NCBI RefSeq assembly: GCF_046119375.1
Contig: NW_027362764.1
Location: forward strand, 437,720,001 to 437,784,000
Length of the DNA stretch: 64,000 nt
Direction: 5' to 3'
Source: Phyllobates terribilis
Lineage: Eukaryota
Below the pieces are notes generated by a model. It was not told the DNA's origin, searched no databases, and saw only the letters and a program-made list of their open reading frames with translations. Below, in pieces: positions 27,956 through 40,182 of the stretch; the stretch's first letter is position 1; every line of letters starts with the position of its first letter. Position numbers and translations under genes: made by a program.

Positions 27956-30900
27956 ATGCTCAAAAAAACTGTTGTCAAGGGACGAGGACGTGGTGTTGAT
28001 ATTGATGCGTGAGAAGGCACTCAGTCTGTGACAGGTCAGAAGAAGCTTTATGCATCCACTATGCTCCTGGGAAAATTTCCCGGTCTGGAACGTAAATGTG
28101 TGTGGAAGCCAGAAGAGCAAGAGCAGATTTTGTCTTGGATAGCAGACAAGGCCTCAATGCATTTGTCAAGCAGCAGCAAATCTTCCACGACCACACAGTC
28201 TACTGTGGATACACAGAAAGCTGTCCCATCCAATCCTGAAGCTGGTTCTCCTTCCTCCCGCCATTATCAGTCACAGGAGACATATGACCCCAAGCTTGGC
28301 CACTCCGAGGATCTGTTTGGGACATATCCTTTGGATGGCTCTGCCCTATCACCATGCAGCATTGAAGAGGGACAAGAGGAGGTGGCGTGCGTTAATGCTC
28401 AAGTTTTTGAAGACCTATGGCTAGAAGAAAGCCACTTGGAGGAACGTCATTTACTGTCTCCAGAGGTGGAAGCTGATGTTGATGACAGATAATTGCCATC
28501 AGGTCAGCCTACAATGTCAACTGGGAAGGAGGATGAGATGGAAGACGAGGTGGTCGATGATGAGTCCACTGATCCGACCTGAACCGATGGCACACATAGC
28601 CATGACAGCAACACAGAGGAAGATGGATATGTAGCACCAACACAGGCACCAAGGGGTCGAGGTTTGCCCAGAGTGAGAACTGGGTCAACTGTTCCCAAGA
28701 GCACCCCAGCTGTGCGCCAATTCAGGGCAAGGGGGGCGTTCAGCTGCTTTGTGGAATTTTTTTTTTCTGAAAGTCTTTCAGAGAAAAACATTGCTGTCTG
28801 TAGCATCTGCAATATCAAGTTGAGCAGAGGCCAGGGCAAAGGCAACCTGAGGACCACCATTAAGCGAAACCACATGGCAGCCAAGCACCCCAGTAGGCGG
28901 CCGGAACATCAGGGTATCAAAACTGCATCTGCGTGTCAAACCAATGCCATGTCGCCTGGGCTATGTCCTTCAGAATCTGCTGTTCAGGAAGTAGGCGCTC
29001 ATACCTCCTGCCCACAAGCTGTGATTGCTCACACACAACAAACATCAACCACATTCACTTCCTTGTCCCAGCAAAGCGTCCAATTGTCCGTGCCTGAGAG
29101 CTTGGAAAGAAAGCGTAAATACCCAGCCACACACCCACAGGCACAAATACTAAACTCGGAAATTGCCAAATTAATAGCTGTGGAGATGATGCCATTTAGT
29201 CTTGTGGGAACACAGTCTTTCCGTGATCTCTTGGATGTGGCTGCCCCACGATACAGGGTTCCCAGCCGCCAATATTTTGCTTTATGTGCCATCCCTGTGT
29301 TACACAATCACGTGTTAAACAATCTGAACTATGATCTCACCAATGCCGTAACTGAGAAGGTCCACCTAACAACAGACACCTGGACGAGTTGTTGTGGACA
29401 GGGACGATACATTTCTGTCACGGCACACTGGGTGAACCTGGTGGAGCATGGGAGAAAGGCGCAAACTGGAACATCACACATCCTACCCACGCCAAGAATA
29501 GCGGGCCCAACTTCTGTCAAGGTTTCCGCCTCTTCATATTCCACTTCCTCTCTCCCATCCTCCTGTTCATCATCCTCTGCTGAATTACCCTCCCCATCAC
29601 TGCCAAGCTGGGACCTGTGCAGCAGCATATCAGCAAAGCAGCAGCACGCTCTGCTGAAGCTGATCTGTTTAGGTCAGAAAGCACACTCTGCAGCAGAGCT
29701 GTGGCATGCTTTAAAACAGCAGACCGATCAGTGGCTCTCCCTGCTGCACCTACAACCCGGTCTGGTCGTCTGCGATAATGGGCGTAACCTGGTGGCAGCT
29801 TTAAAAGTCGGCAAGCTGGTGCATGTACCATGCAAGGCTCACGTGCAGAACCTAGTTGTCCCTATATTTCTGAAAACTTACCATGACTTTCTGTACCCAA
29901 TTGAGAAGGTGTGCCGTATTATTACCCATTTCCGCCATTTCTCTACCACTGTTGCTGCTCTTAAGCGCTTGAATTTGCCAAGTCAGCGACTCATTTGTGA
30001 CCTGCCCATGTGGTTGAACTCAACCTATCATATGCTGGCGAGGATTAGTGAACAGCAGAGGGCAGTAGCTGAATACCAGCTTCAACATGCCCGTCAGACT
30101 GAGAGTCAACCACCACATATAACAACTGTCAAGTGGGTGTGGATCGCTGACATTTGTGAGGTTCTTGAGAGCTTTGAGTACTGCACCAGCCTCGTGAGCG
30201 GTGATCAGGCTATTATCAGCGTAACCATCCCAGTGCTGTGTCTCTTGAAACAATCACCGCAATCTCAAAGAGGAAGATTTGAGTGCCCAGCATATTGGTA
30301 TGGAGCCAGATTTCCCAATGGGTGATACTACCCAGCCCAGCCAATACTCTGAGGCAACATTGGGTAATGAGGAGGAAGATGAGGAGGATGAGGAGGGAGA
30401 GGACTTGTTGTTCTGTGCTACCGAGGGGACTCGTAATGCTACAGAGGGGACACCCAACCCAAGCCTCATGTCTGTCCAGCCTGGATGGGCTGGAGAGGAG
30501 GAGGTGGAGGAGGAGGAGGAGGAGGTGAGTCAGTGTGAGGAGAGGATGGGTACTGTTTCTACTGTTGGGGACACAAAATATTTGCCTCTTTGCAGCTTGG
30601 CCCACATGGCACAGTTCATGTGTAAGTGTCTGTGGCATGATCCTCGCGTGATACACATTTCATCCAACAATAATAATATTTTTTATTTATATAGTGCCAA
30701 CATATTCCACAGCACTTTACAATTATGCAGGGACAGTTACATTAGGAGTGAGATCCCTGCTCGCAAGCTTACATTTTACAAGGAAATGGGGGGACACAAT
30801 ATGTGAATAGTGCTTGTTATTTCAGGTCTGGCAATTATAATAAGTAGGGATTTTCATATAAAGCTGCATGATCCGTTCATCAGCCAGTATGCTTAAGTGC

Positions 30901-32133
30901 AATAATCAAATATTGAGTGCAGTTATCGTGTGCATGGAGGATGTGGAGAGTAGTTGAGGTGGTAGGCTTGTTTAAAGAAAAGGGTTTTTAAAGGGCGCTT
31001 GAAGACGTGGGAGCTAGGCGTCAGTCAGATCATCTGGGGTAGAGCATTCCAGAGAACTGGTGCAGCACGAGAGAAGTCTTGAAGATGGAGGTGCGAAGTT
31101 TGGATTATGGGGGATGTTAGTCTTGAGTCATTTGTAGAACAGAGGGCACATGTAGGGCGATAGACAGAGATGATAGAAGAGATATAAGGCGGTGTGGAAC
31201 TGTGGAGAGCTTTGTGGGTGAGAGTGATGATTTTATAATGGACTCTGTAGCAAATGGGCAGCCAGTGTAATGACTGGCACAAGATGAAGGCATCGGTGAA
31301 GTGGCTGGACAGAAATATGACCCTGGCTGCTGCATTCAGCACACATTGGAGAGTATAAAGTTTGGTAAGAAGGAGACTGATCAGAAGAGAGTTGCAGTAG
31401 TCCAGACGAGAGTGAATAAGAGCGACAGTAAGAGTTTTAGCAGTTTCAAAGGTGAGAAAAAGTCATATTCTGGAGATGTTGTTAAGGTGCAGGTGACAAG
31501 ACCGACCTATACTGGTTGGCCACCTTTCTCAATCCATGGTACAAAGAGAAATTTACTTCGTTCCTTTTGGAGTCACCAAAGAGTTTTACAATGGAATCGT
31601 GCAAGAGAACCATTGTAAATCAGTTGCTGAAAACATCACCCTCAGACAAAGCTGATGGCAGAGGTACTGGCTCTGTTCTACACCAAGGGATAATGGGGAG
31701 AGACACGAACCCCAGCTCCAACAGAGGTGGGGGAAAAATGTGCTCAAATTGGGCATTTTTCAATAAATCAGCACAACAGCAAGGGCTATTTGTGCCTGTA
31801 ACAATGTCAAGGAGGGATAAGTTGCAGAACATGGTCAAGGGGTACATAAGTGACCATACGTGTGTCCTTTCTGACACTTCAGTTCCCATTAATTATTGGG
31901 TGTCTAAAGTGAACGCTTGGCCCGACCTCTCCTTATTTGCCTTGGAGGTGCTTGCCTGCCGGACTGCTAATGTGGTGTCAGAGAGTATTTTCAGTTCCGC
32001 TGGGGCAATCATCACTGATAAGCGCACACGCCTCTCCACGGAAAATGCAGACAGACTTACTCTGATTAAATTCAACAATGACTGGATATCTCCACAGTTT
32101 GTAATCCCTTCAGATGATAGCAACCCAACCTAA
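27956..32133 (+). pseudogene. hAT (Ac/hobo-type) transposase pseudogene with BED zinc finger, DDE core and C-terminal dimerisation domain
   Basis: BED CSIC...NHMAAKH; VHLTTDTWTS (D); VCDNGRN (D); VPCKAHVQNL; SESIFSSAG (E); TDKRTRLSTENADRL. Frameshifts, stops and an L2 insert at 30662-31496. Confidence 0.95.
30662..31496 (-). mobile_element. 5'-truncated L2 LINE inserted in the hAT A transposase
   Basis: Minus ORF 31025-31342 (LNAAARVIF...QSLHWLPICYRVHYKI...LQDFSRAAPVLWNALP), L2 3' UTR and ATT tail at about 30666. Transposase resumes on both sides (HDPRVIHI / YWLATFL). Confidence 0.9.
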
Positions 32134-34282
32134 ATTCACCAAAAATGCAGTATCAGCTACTGCTGTTAACGTCACCCCCTTCCCATAAAAACCCGTTTCC
32201 CTCCTTCGTTAACCATGACTCAGCGCATAGGGCTAATTTTTACAAACCCTATGCATATTGTGCAGTGGACAAACCAAGACAGTATTCTTACTCCAGCCTA
32301 ATTACTATTTGTGATTGATGGCCCTTGGGATGGTAACTTCCAAAATAGTGGGTAAAAAGGCCTGATGCATGCTTGGTAGCAGGCAGTAGGAAATGTTTGG
32401 ACTACTGCTTTTGTGTAGGGAACTAAACCCTTTTATAAGTGGACTAATGTGGACGGAAGGCAGGCTGTCACCCCAAAAACAGCGGGGAAAATGGGCTGGC
32501 GCGTGCTTTGTAGCAGGCAGTAGGAAATGTTTGGACTACTGTTTTGCATTAGGCATTAACCTCCTTTTTATGTGGATTATTGTGGACAGCAGAAGCCAGG
32601 CTCTGACCCCTAAAACAGCAGGGAAAATAGAACGGTGCTTTAAAAAATGAAAAAAAAGGCAGCACAAAATGTTACTACTCTGTGTGCTGGAAAAATATTG
32701 CTTTGCCTCTGACAAGAGCTGTTTTAATATGAACACTGGAAGAACACTTTTACCTCTCCCTACCTAATACACAATCTCTCCCTCCCTGTACTCTGACTTT
32801 GTTGTGTGTCTTCAGCTCTGAAAAGAGCAATTTTTTGGTGGTATTATGGAGCTAATGAGCGGCTCCTTTAAACTGTCCCTGCTTAAGTATCTCTCCCTCC
32901 CTACTCTACACTGAACTAGTATACACTGCAGGTAGCTCTTAAAAGGGCTTTTGTTTGATCGAGAGGCCTAAACACTCTCCCTAGTAGCTCAGCGATCTCT
33001 CCCTATGCTTATAGAATGCAGGCTCCAGACGCAATTTGCACAAATTGGCGGAGGCAGTGCTTAAATAGACCCTATGACGCTGGGCGGCCAGCCAATCACA
33101 GTAATGCCACAACCAAGATGTCTGCGACATTACTGTGATTGGTTAAGAAGCCCAGCATGTTTAGTGGCTGCAAAGGAGACATCAGAATACAGCGAGGCGA
33201 GTACACAAATACTCGCAATATAACAAGTAATACGAATACCGTACTATCTGTGCGAATAGCGAATAGTAACGAGTACACTCGCTCATCACTAGTTATGACT
33301 TGTAGTCACTAAGCTTTTTCAAAATTAGTTATTTCTTCAGGGTATAGAAATCTGACAATATGTTTCCCAGCATCAGTAGTACTGTCTAACATTTTAAAAT
33401 AGTGTGTAGCCAGGAGGTGGTTACCTGGCATAGCTGTGGCAGGAGCAGCACTGAAGAAAGTTACAGCAGTGAAGGCAAGGAGATGTTGGGCAGTGTAGGG
33501 GCAACAACAGCAGCACCGGCGGGAGCAGTTCTACAATGTAGATGACATGATTGACATGTTATATATGCCTGGCAGAGTGTTATCTATTATCACTGGTTGC
33601 AACAGAACAGTTTAGAAAACATTTCATAATTTAATTGAGAGTCAGGCAAGCGGGCAGACAATATAGCTGATTTAATCATTGGCATCAACCATTAGTGCAT
33701 AAAATTTTGCAATGATTCAGGGCTGATTCATTTTGACAAATGTTCGGTTTTACACACTTGCAGCAGATAAATTTGTCTGTTTGGTGGGACAAATCCACAG
33801 GCTGCAATAAATATACTCTTTAACTCAACAATGAAGGCTGAACATGACAGTCCTCCCATTTCAAACCTGGTGAGTTCTTACAATGGGATCTGAACTTAGG
33901 GTATCTGCCTGAGAAAGTACACAGTCTAGGTATGACTGAAGCTGGCTGTTCAACTGGTGCCTCTGTGTTTGCTGAAGTGCATCAGGTTGTAGCAAAGGCA
34001 GAAGAAACTTCTGGTTCATCATGTCAACTTTACTGTAGGTGTTGCTGCTGCTGCCTCGACTACTTTTTGCAGACCTATCTCACTCACAAGCAGGGAAACA
34101 ATAGGTTTACTGGTCAGTTGTGCTGGCATCAGACATTAGTTCCACAAAAGCCTTGCCAAGCAGATAACAAAGATTATCCTCGAAGTAAATCAATTTGGTC
34201 TACCCTTCAGAAGCAGGAAAAAGTTCCCCTATTTGGCTTTTATAGTGAGATTTTAAAAACATGGGTAGCCAATGGTCATCAC

Positions 34283-36066
34283 TAGTGATGAGCGAGCATG
34301 CTCGCCACTGCTCGGTACTCGCCCGAGAATCTCAGTACTCGAGATGCTCGGAGCTCGCCGAGTACTTTCGAGATGCTCGGGCGGGAGCTTGGGTCCCTGT
34401 CACTGGGAACAGTGCTCACATTGAAACATGAAAAGCCGGCAATTCATCAGCGGCATACACCGGTACCCAACAATTTAGAACAGAAAGAATAGAGCATCAC
34501 ACATAGATTAGATAGATAGAAACATGTCAGTCACATATATACTGTAATAAGTACAGTGACAGTGTTGGTTACTGTACTTGTTATTTAGTGTTAAAATAAA
34601 GGATTTATTAAAAAAAAATAACAGTGTTTTCATGCACCCGTATCTTTAAAAAAGCCGGCTGCCAATTCTTCAGCGGCATACATTGGTATCCGACAATTTA
34701 GAACAGAAATAATAGAGCATCACACATAGATTAGATAGATAGAAACATGTCAGTCACATATATAATAATTAGAGTGACAGTGTTGGTTACTGTACATGTC
34801 ATTTAGTGTTAAAATAAAGGATTTCTTAAAAAAAAAATTGGTGTAGGGATCCCCGTAATTTTAGTCTCTAGCGGAGGTTAAGCAGACGGCTGGGGTAGAT
34901 GTTTGAAGCCTGGTAAGGGGGCAATACCCACAGAGCTTCCCAGGCTACTAATATCAGCCCCCAGCTGAACACCTTGCCTTTACCAGATATTAAAATGGGG
35001 GACCCCCAAAAAAATGACGTGGGGTCCCCCCTATTTTAATAGCTAGCAAAGGCTAGGCAGAAAGCTGGGGGCTGATATTAATAGCCCAGGAAGGGTGCCA
35101 TGAATATTGGCCCCCTCCCAGGCTATAAACATCAGCCGTCAGCCGCCCCAGAAATGGCGCATCCCTGTATTTTTGTTTCCAACCAGGTACAAATAGGCAT
35201 CTGGGGGTTGAGGGCAGCCCATTCCAGCCTGCTGTACCTGGCTGGACACAAAATTCCTATGCATGCGCCATTTCTGGGGCGGCTGACGGCTGATGTTTCT
35301 AGCCTGGGAGGGGGCCAATATTCATGGCACCCTTCCTGGGCTATTAATATCAGCCCCCAGCTGTCTGCCTAGCCTTTGCTAGCTATTAAAATAGGGGGGG
35401 ACCCCCATTTTAATAGGTGGTAAAGGCTAGGTATTCAGCGGGGAGCTGATATTAGTAGCCTGGGAAGCTCCGTGGGTATTACCCCCTTCCCAGGCTTCAA
35501 ACATCTGCCGTCTGCTTAACCTCCACTAGAGACTAAAATTACGGGGAACCCTACGCCAATTTTTTTTTTAATAAATCCTTTATTTTAACGCTAAATGACA
35601 AGTACAGTAATAAACATGATCACTGTACTTATTATATATGTGACTGACATGTTCCTATCTATCTAATCTATGTGTGATGCTCTATTCTTTCTGTTCTAAA
35701 TTGTTTGGTACCGGTGTATGCTGCAGATGAATTGCCGGCCGGCTTTTTTAAGGAGATGGGTGCATGAAAATTGGAGGGCACTAATGGGTTCCAAGTGCCC
35801 TGCTATGTTTTTCATGCACCCTCCTGTATACCCTTCCTGCCTGTCTGCCTATATATTCTGCCTGCCTGACGTTTAATTGAGCACCGTTCCCATCGATTTG
35901 GGAAATTTTTGACCTTCTGTAGACTGCCGGGGGGGACCACCAGAAAAATGCTCGAGTTTCCCATAGACTTACATTGGGCTCGTTGCACGGGTCGAGCACC
36001 CGAGTATTCCAATGTGCTCGACCCGAGCTTCGAGCACCCGAGCATTTTAGTGCTTGCTCATCACTA
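34283..36066. mobile_element. Non-autonomous hAT element (1784 bp) with a palindromic core
   Basis: TIRs TAGTGATGAGCGAGCA / TGCTTGCTCATCACTA. Exact TSD GTCATCAC at 34275-34282 and 36067-36074. CTCG/CGAG subterminal motifs. Confidence 0.95.
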
Positions 36067-36393
36067 GTCATCACTTTACTTCATGTTAAAAATACACCTG
36101 TCCTACCAGAAGCATTGCAGCATACAGCTTGCCATACCCATCAATACAATCAAGAACCCTGTTTTTTAATTTTTGAAACCCTACTACAATGGTTGGTTGT
36201 CATGGCCAGCATCGTAATCCTCATTTTTGTCTCTTACTGCCTTATCCTCTGCATGTGCAAAATTCAAGTCCTCCTCCTTTTCCATATGCTTCTGCTCATC
36301 TTCCTATTCCTTTTCTCCTTTTTCTCAGTTAAATCCTGAGGCATGTGAAATGGACCTTTGGGGATCTCAACAGACACAGGGAAGTGACGAATA

Positions 36394-38020
36394 CAGTGCC
36401 TTGTGAAAGTATTTGGCCCCCTTGAACTTTTCTACCTTTTGCTACATTTCTGGCTTTTAACATGAAGATATAAAATTCAAATTTTTTTGGGAAGAATCAA
36501 CAACAAGTGGGACACAATCAAGAAGTGGAACAAAATTTATTTGCTTTTTTAAACTTTTTAAAAAATTAAACACTGAAAAGTGGGGCGTGCAATATTATTC
36601 GGCCCCCTTGAGTTAATACTTTGTAGTGCCACCTTTAGCTGCGATTACAGCTGCAAGTCGCTTGGGGTATGTCTCTATCAGTTTTGCACATCGAGAGGCT
36701 GAAATTCTTGCCCATTCTTCCTTGCAAAACAGCTCGAGCCCATTGATTTTGGATGGAGAGCGTTTGTGAACAGCAGTTTACCGCTCTTTCCACAGATTCT
36801 TGATTGAATTCAGGTCTGGACTTTGACTTGGCCATTCTAACACCTGGATACTTTTATTTTTGAACCATTCCATTGTAGATTTTGCTTTATGTTTGGGATC
36901 ATTGTCTTGTTGGAAGATAAATCCCAGTCCCAGTCTCAGGTCTTTTGCAGAGTCCAACAGATTTTCATCCAGAATGGTCCTGTATTTGGCTCCGTCCATC
37001 TTCCCATCAATTTTAAGCATCTTCCCTTTTCCTGCTGAAGAAAAGCAGGCCCAAACCATGATGCTGCCACCACCATGTTTGACAGTGGGGATGGTGTTTT
37101 GAGGGTGATGAGCTGTGTTGCTTTTACGCAAAACATATCATTTTGCATTTTGGCCAAAAAAGTTTGATTTTGGTTTCATATGAACAGAGCACCTTATTCC
37201 AAATGTTTGGTGTGTCTCCCAGGTGGCTTGTGGCAAGCTTCAAATGAGACATTTTATGGATAACTTTGAGAAATAGCTTTCTTCTTGCCACTCTTCCATA
37301 AAGGCCAGATTTGTGCAGTGTACGACAGATTGTTGTCCTATGGCCAGACTCTCCCACCTCAGCTGTAGATATCTGCAGTTCTTCCAGAGTGATCATGGGC
37401 CTTTTGGCTGCATCTCTGATCAGTCTTCTCCTTGTTCAAGATGAAAATTTAGAGGGACGGCCGGGTCTTGGTAGATTTGCAGTGGTCTGATACTCCTTCC
37501 ATTTCAATATGATCTCTTGCACAGTGCTCCTTGAGATGTTTAAAACTTGGGAAATCTTTTTGTATCCAAATCCGGCTTTAAACTTTGCCACAACAGTAAC
37601 CCGGACCTGCCTGGTGTGTTCCTTGGTCTTCATGATGCTCTCTGCATTTGAAACAGAACCCTGATACTAAAACAGAGCAGGTGCATTTATACGGAGACTT
37701 TATTACACATGTGGATTCTATTTATCATTACCAGTCATTTAGGACAATATTGGATCATTCAGAGATCCTCACTGAACTTATGGAGTGAGTTTGCTGCACT
37801 GAAAGTAAAGTGGCCGAATAATATTGCACGCCCCACTTTTCAGTTTTTAATTTTTTTAAAAAGTTTAAAATATCCAATAAATTTCGTTCCACTTCACGAT
37901 TGTGTCCCACTTGTTGTTGATTCTTCCCCCAAAAATTAGAATTTTATATCTCTGTTTGAAGCCAGAAATGTGGCAAAAGGTAGAAAAGTTCAAGGGGGCC
38001 AAATATTTCACAAGGCACTG
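36394..38020 (-). mobile_element. Tc1-family transposon (1627 bp, long TIRs, Passport-like)
   Basis: TA flanks at 36392-36393 and 38021-38022. TIR CAGTGCCTTGTGAAA... / ...TTCACAAGGCACTG with inverted similarity extending about 200 bp. Confidence 0.95.
36620..37633 (-). pseudogene. Tc1 transposase pseudogene
   Basis: MKTKEHTRQVR...GYKKISQVLNI...GRP, TVKHGGGSIMVWACFS, FQQDNDPKH, WPSQSPDLNSIKNLW. First D reads Y (SYETK) and E reads K. Frameshifted. Confidence 0.9.
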
Positions 38021-38279
38021 TAGGTGCAAATTGGCGTTAATCCTCCATCTCTTCTTACATAATGGTGAGTGTTTCTTCAGGATAAATATTAGCAAGATTA
38101 CATCACTGATTCTACATGTGTCCCTGCTGACAAATTTTGTCTACTCTTCAGACAAGTAGTCAGTAGGCAACACACATTCTTGATTAGCATGCCAAATGTG
38201 GATCTGAAAGTTACCCATGCTTCAGTTTAACTGCTGCATGAAGTCCATCACCTCTTTATGCAGTTTGAACAAATGCTGC

Positions 38280-38760
38280 AACAGCATTGAATTGCAGAAG
38301 ATGCCAATATGTTGAATCGTACGTCGGGGATCGGCACCACATACAACAGGAGGTAATTACACATGTTGTTATTGCTTTGAATTTTGATTTACGTATTTTT
38401 CCAAATAGGCGGTGTAGAAGGTATAATTATTACACAACATCCAGCAATGTGCAGCTTTAGTCATAAATATAATGATTTTTGCGTTATAGCCTTCCATTAT
38501 ATACATTAGTTGTTATATATACTCTATTGGTTACATATACATGTATGTTCTTTATGTACTTACCATATTAAACTTAACTGTTCTGCGGCTGTATATCCTT
38601 TTCCTTCCTATTCCATTATATGCATATGTCTTTTTTTTATTCATGTACTTTATTTTCTGCATACTTACCTCCTGTGACACATATTTTTACTGTGATGCCA
38701 CCTACTGGTTTCCCACTTTTTAACCTTTTATTAATGTTCGGTTGATTTATAATAAAGTTC
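38280..38760 (+). mobile_element. Possible old Penelope pseudo-LTR fragment
   Basis: Interrupts the hAT relic. Contains a degenerate hammerhead-like motif (38295-38329), an AT-rich body and AATAAA near 38750. Confidence 0.3.
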
Positions 38761-39089
38761 TACCTTTTTAAAAATGGTTCATCATGAAGAAAGTTTTTCT
38801 GCAACAAAGACCCCCAGTTGGTGGTCTGAAAGCCTGTTTTCTTTTTTTTTTCAACCCAGGTAAGCATAGTTTGCCACATAAGACCTACTGAAATATGCTG
38901 ACACTTTTCTTACCATAACCACCACCTTTCTCAAGCATGTAAATTGGTGAAAGGGATATTGTTTTATTAAATTCAGGAATTGTGCTATACAAGGAGCTTG
39001 ATCTATTTTGCTCGACCATAAGGCTGCCAGGATATTCTAGGAGTTGTCACTCATAACAATTCCAAGTTGCAGTTCACAGTGGCAGGCAC

Positions 39090-39507
39090 AGTGTGGGAAA
39101 GACTAAGTGCAACATGAAGGAATGAGGAGAGAGTAGCCCAAACACTAGGGAATGGGGGAGTGGAGACCCCTAGTCTAATATCTAATATCACCCTACCTGT
39201 CCTACCATCCCTATATAGGTTCCGCACCTATCGCCGAACAGGAAACCTAATCCCTGTATATCCCTAAAGCTAGGCCCTAGATAGGGAGGGGTGAGCACTG
39301 GTCAGTTCTCACTATAAACTAAAGACAACAAGGGAGAAAAACAAAGGGCGAAAACTTAGCTTGAGCAGACACCAGAGAGATAACACCAAATGTCCTCCAA
39401 GGGCACCAGAGAGAAAGCTAGCCGATTGCTATTGCTCCAAGCCTTCACAAGGGAACATAAGAATATCACCAGTGACTCCCTAAAGCAGACTGAGAGTTTA
39501 TAAACAC
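39090..39507. mobile_element. Probable LTR-derived fragment into which the Gypsy element inserted
   Basis: CCCTA-rich segment resembling 25300-25600. No TSD found. Confidence 0.3.
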
Positions 39508-40090
39508 TGTGATGCAGTGACCGGGATCGTATACGAGGGATGTTATATATCCCCCAGAATGTGTACAAAGACCTATTAAAATCCATTGGAATGCGTTGCA
39601 GTCACACACACAGCGGCTGCAATGCAGGAATGAAGGTGAGCAATGACCTGGTCAGACTACCTGGCTAAGGCAAATTAAGTAAAACCTGGCAGGGCCTTCA
39701 TTTCTTGGAGGAGGTCACAGGAGGCAGTGGGGCAGCCTCCTCCCTCCAACCCAGGTTTTCCAGTGGCTCTTGCCACAGGTCCTTTAAAACTCCTGCACTA
39801 ACTATTAGTGTTGTCCTATGTTGCAACCTGCTGGGAGCACAGCAGGAAACCTCAGCAGTATTGAGGGAGGCTAAACCACTGCCTAGGAAGGCTCTGCACC
39901 TGTCAGGCTCTGAGCGGCCCGACGTGGCCGTTGTCCCCGGCAACCATTGTGTATGGACTTTCTGGTAACCCGGCTGCGAACCGGAGGACTTTCTGTTAAC
40001 CGGTGAGTTGCTGAAATAAAAGCTGTTTATGTTGGACTTGCTTGGGTCACTGCCTCAGTTACTGCACGGTGTGAACACCGCCGCCTTACA
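39508..40090 (+). repeat. 5' LTR of the Gmr1-like Gypsy element
   Basis: TGTGATG...CTTACA, AATAAA at about 40015, immediately followed by a PBS. The 5' boundary is inferred (no partner LTR in the window). Confidence 0.65.
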
Positions 40091-40093
40091 GTT

Positions 40094-40112
40094 TGGTGGA
40101 GAATGCGGGCAT
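40094..40112 (+). promoter_or_regulatory. Primer-binding site complementary to the tRNA-Ala 3' end
   Basis: TGGTGGAGAATGCGGGCAT, 3 nt after LTR-terminal CA. Its reverse complement ATGCCCGCATTCTCCACCA matches vertebrate tRNA-Ala(AGC) 3' ends as recalled. Confidence 0.8.
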
Positions 40113-40182
40113 AGTGACTGAGGCATACCCCACCTGCCGCTGCATGACCACAATCAGGCCTGCCACCTTTCAGTTCCACCCC

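Larger units (their letters stand above)
26135..33291 (+). mobile_element. hAT DNA transposon, copy A (7157 bp, full-length but decayed)
   Basis: TIRs TAGTGATGAGCGAGT / ACTCGCTCATCACTA. Exact 8-bp TSD GTTATGAC at 26127-26134 and 33292-33299. Confidence 0.97.
33300..39070 (-). pseudogene. Ancient hAT transposase relic interrupted by a MITE, a Tc1 and a Penelope-like fragment
   Basis: Minus translation near 34270-34200 gives WLPMFLKSHYKSQIGELFPASE (compare YWVATLLDPRYKSKFSEIIPAIE in the 51177-54878 transposase). 38870-38945 is the reverse complement of 5480-5555 (CATGCTTGAGAAAGGTGGTGG). Acidic stretch at 36200-36340. Confidence 0.55.

Noticed and set aside
38290-38358. Candidate small exon ending at AG|GTAATT
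   Set aside because: No recognisable peptide or partner exons, and it overlaps a repeat-like segment with a hammerhead-like layout.
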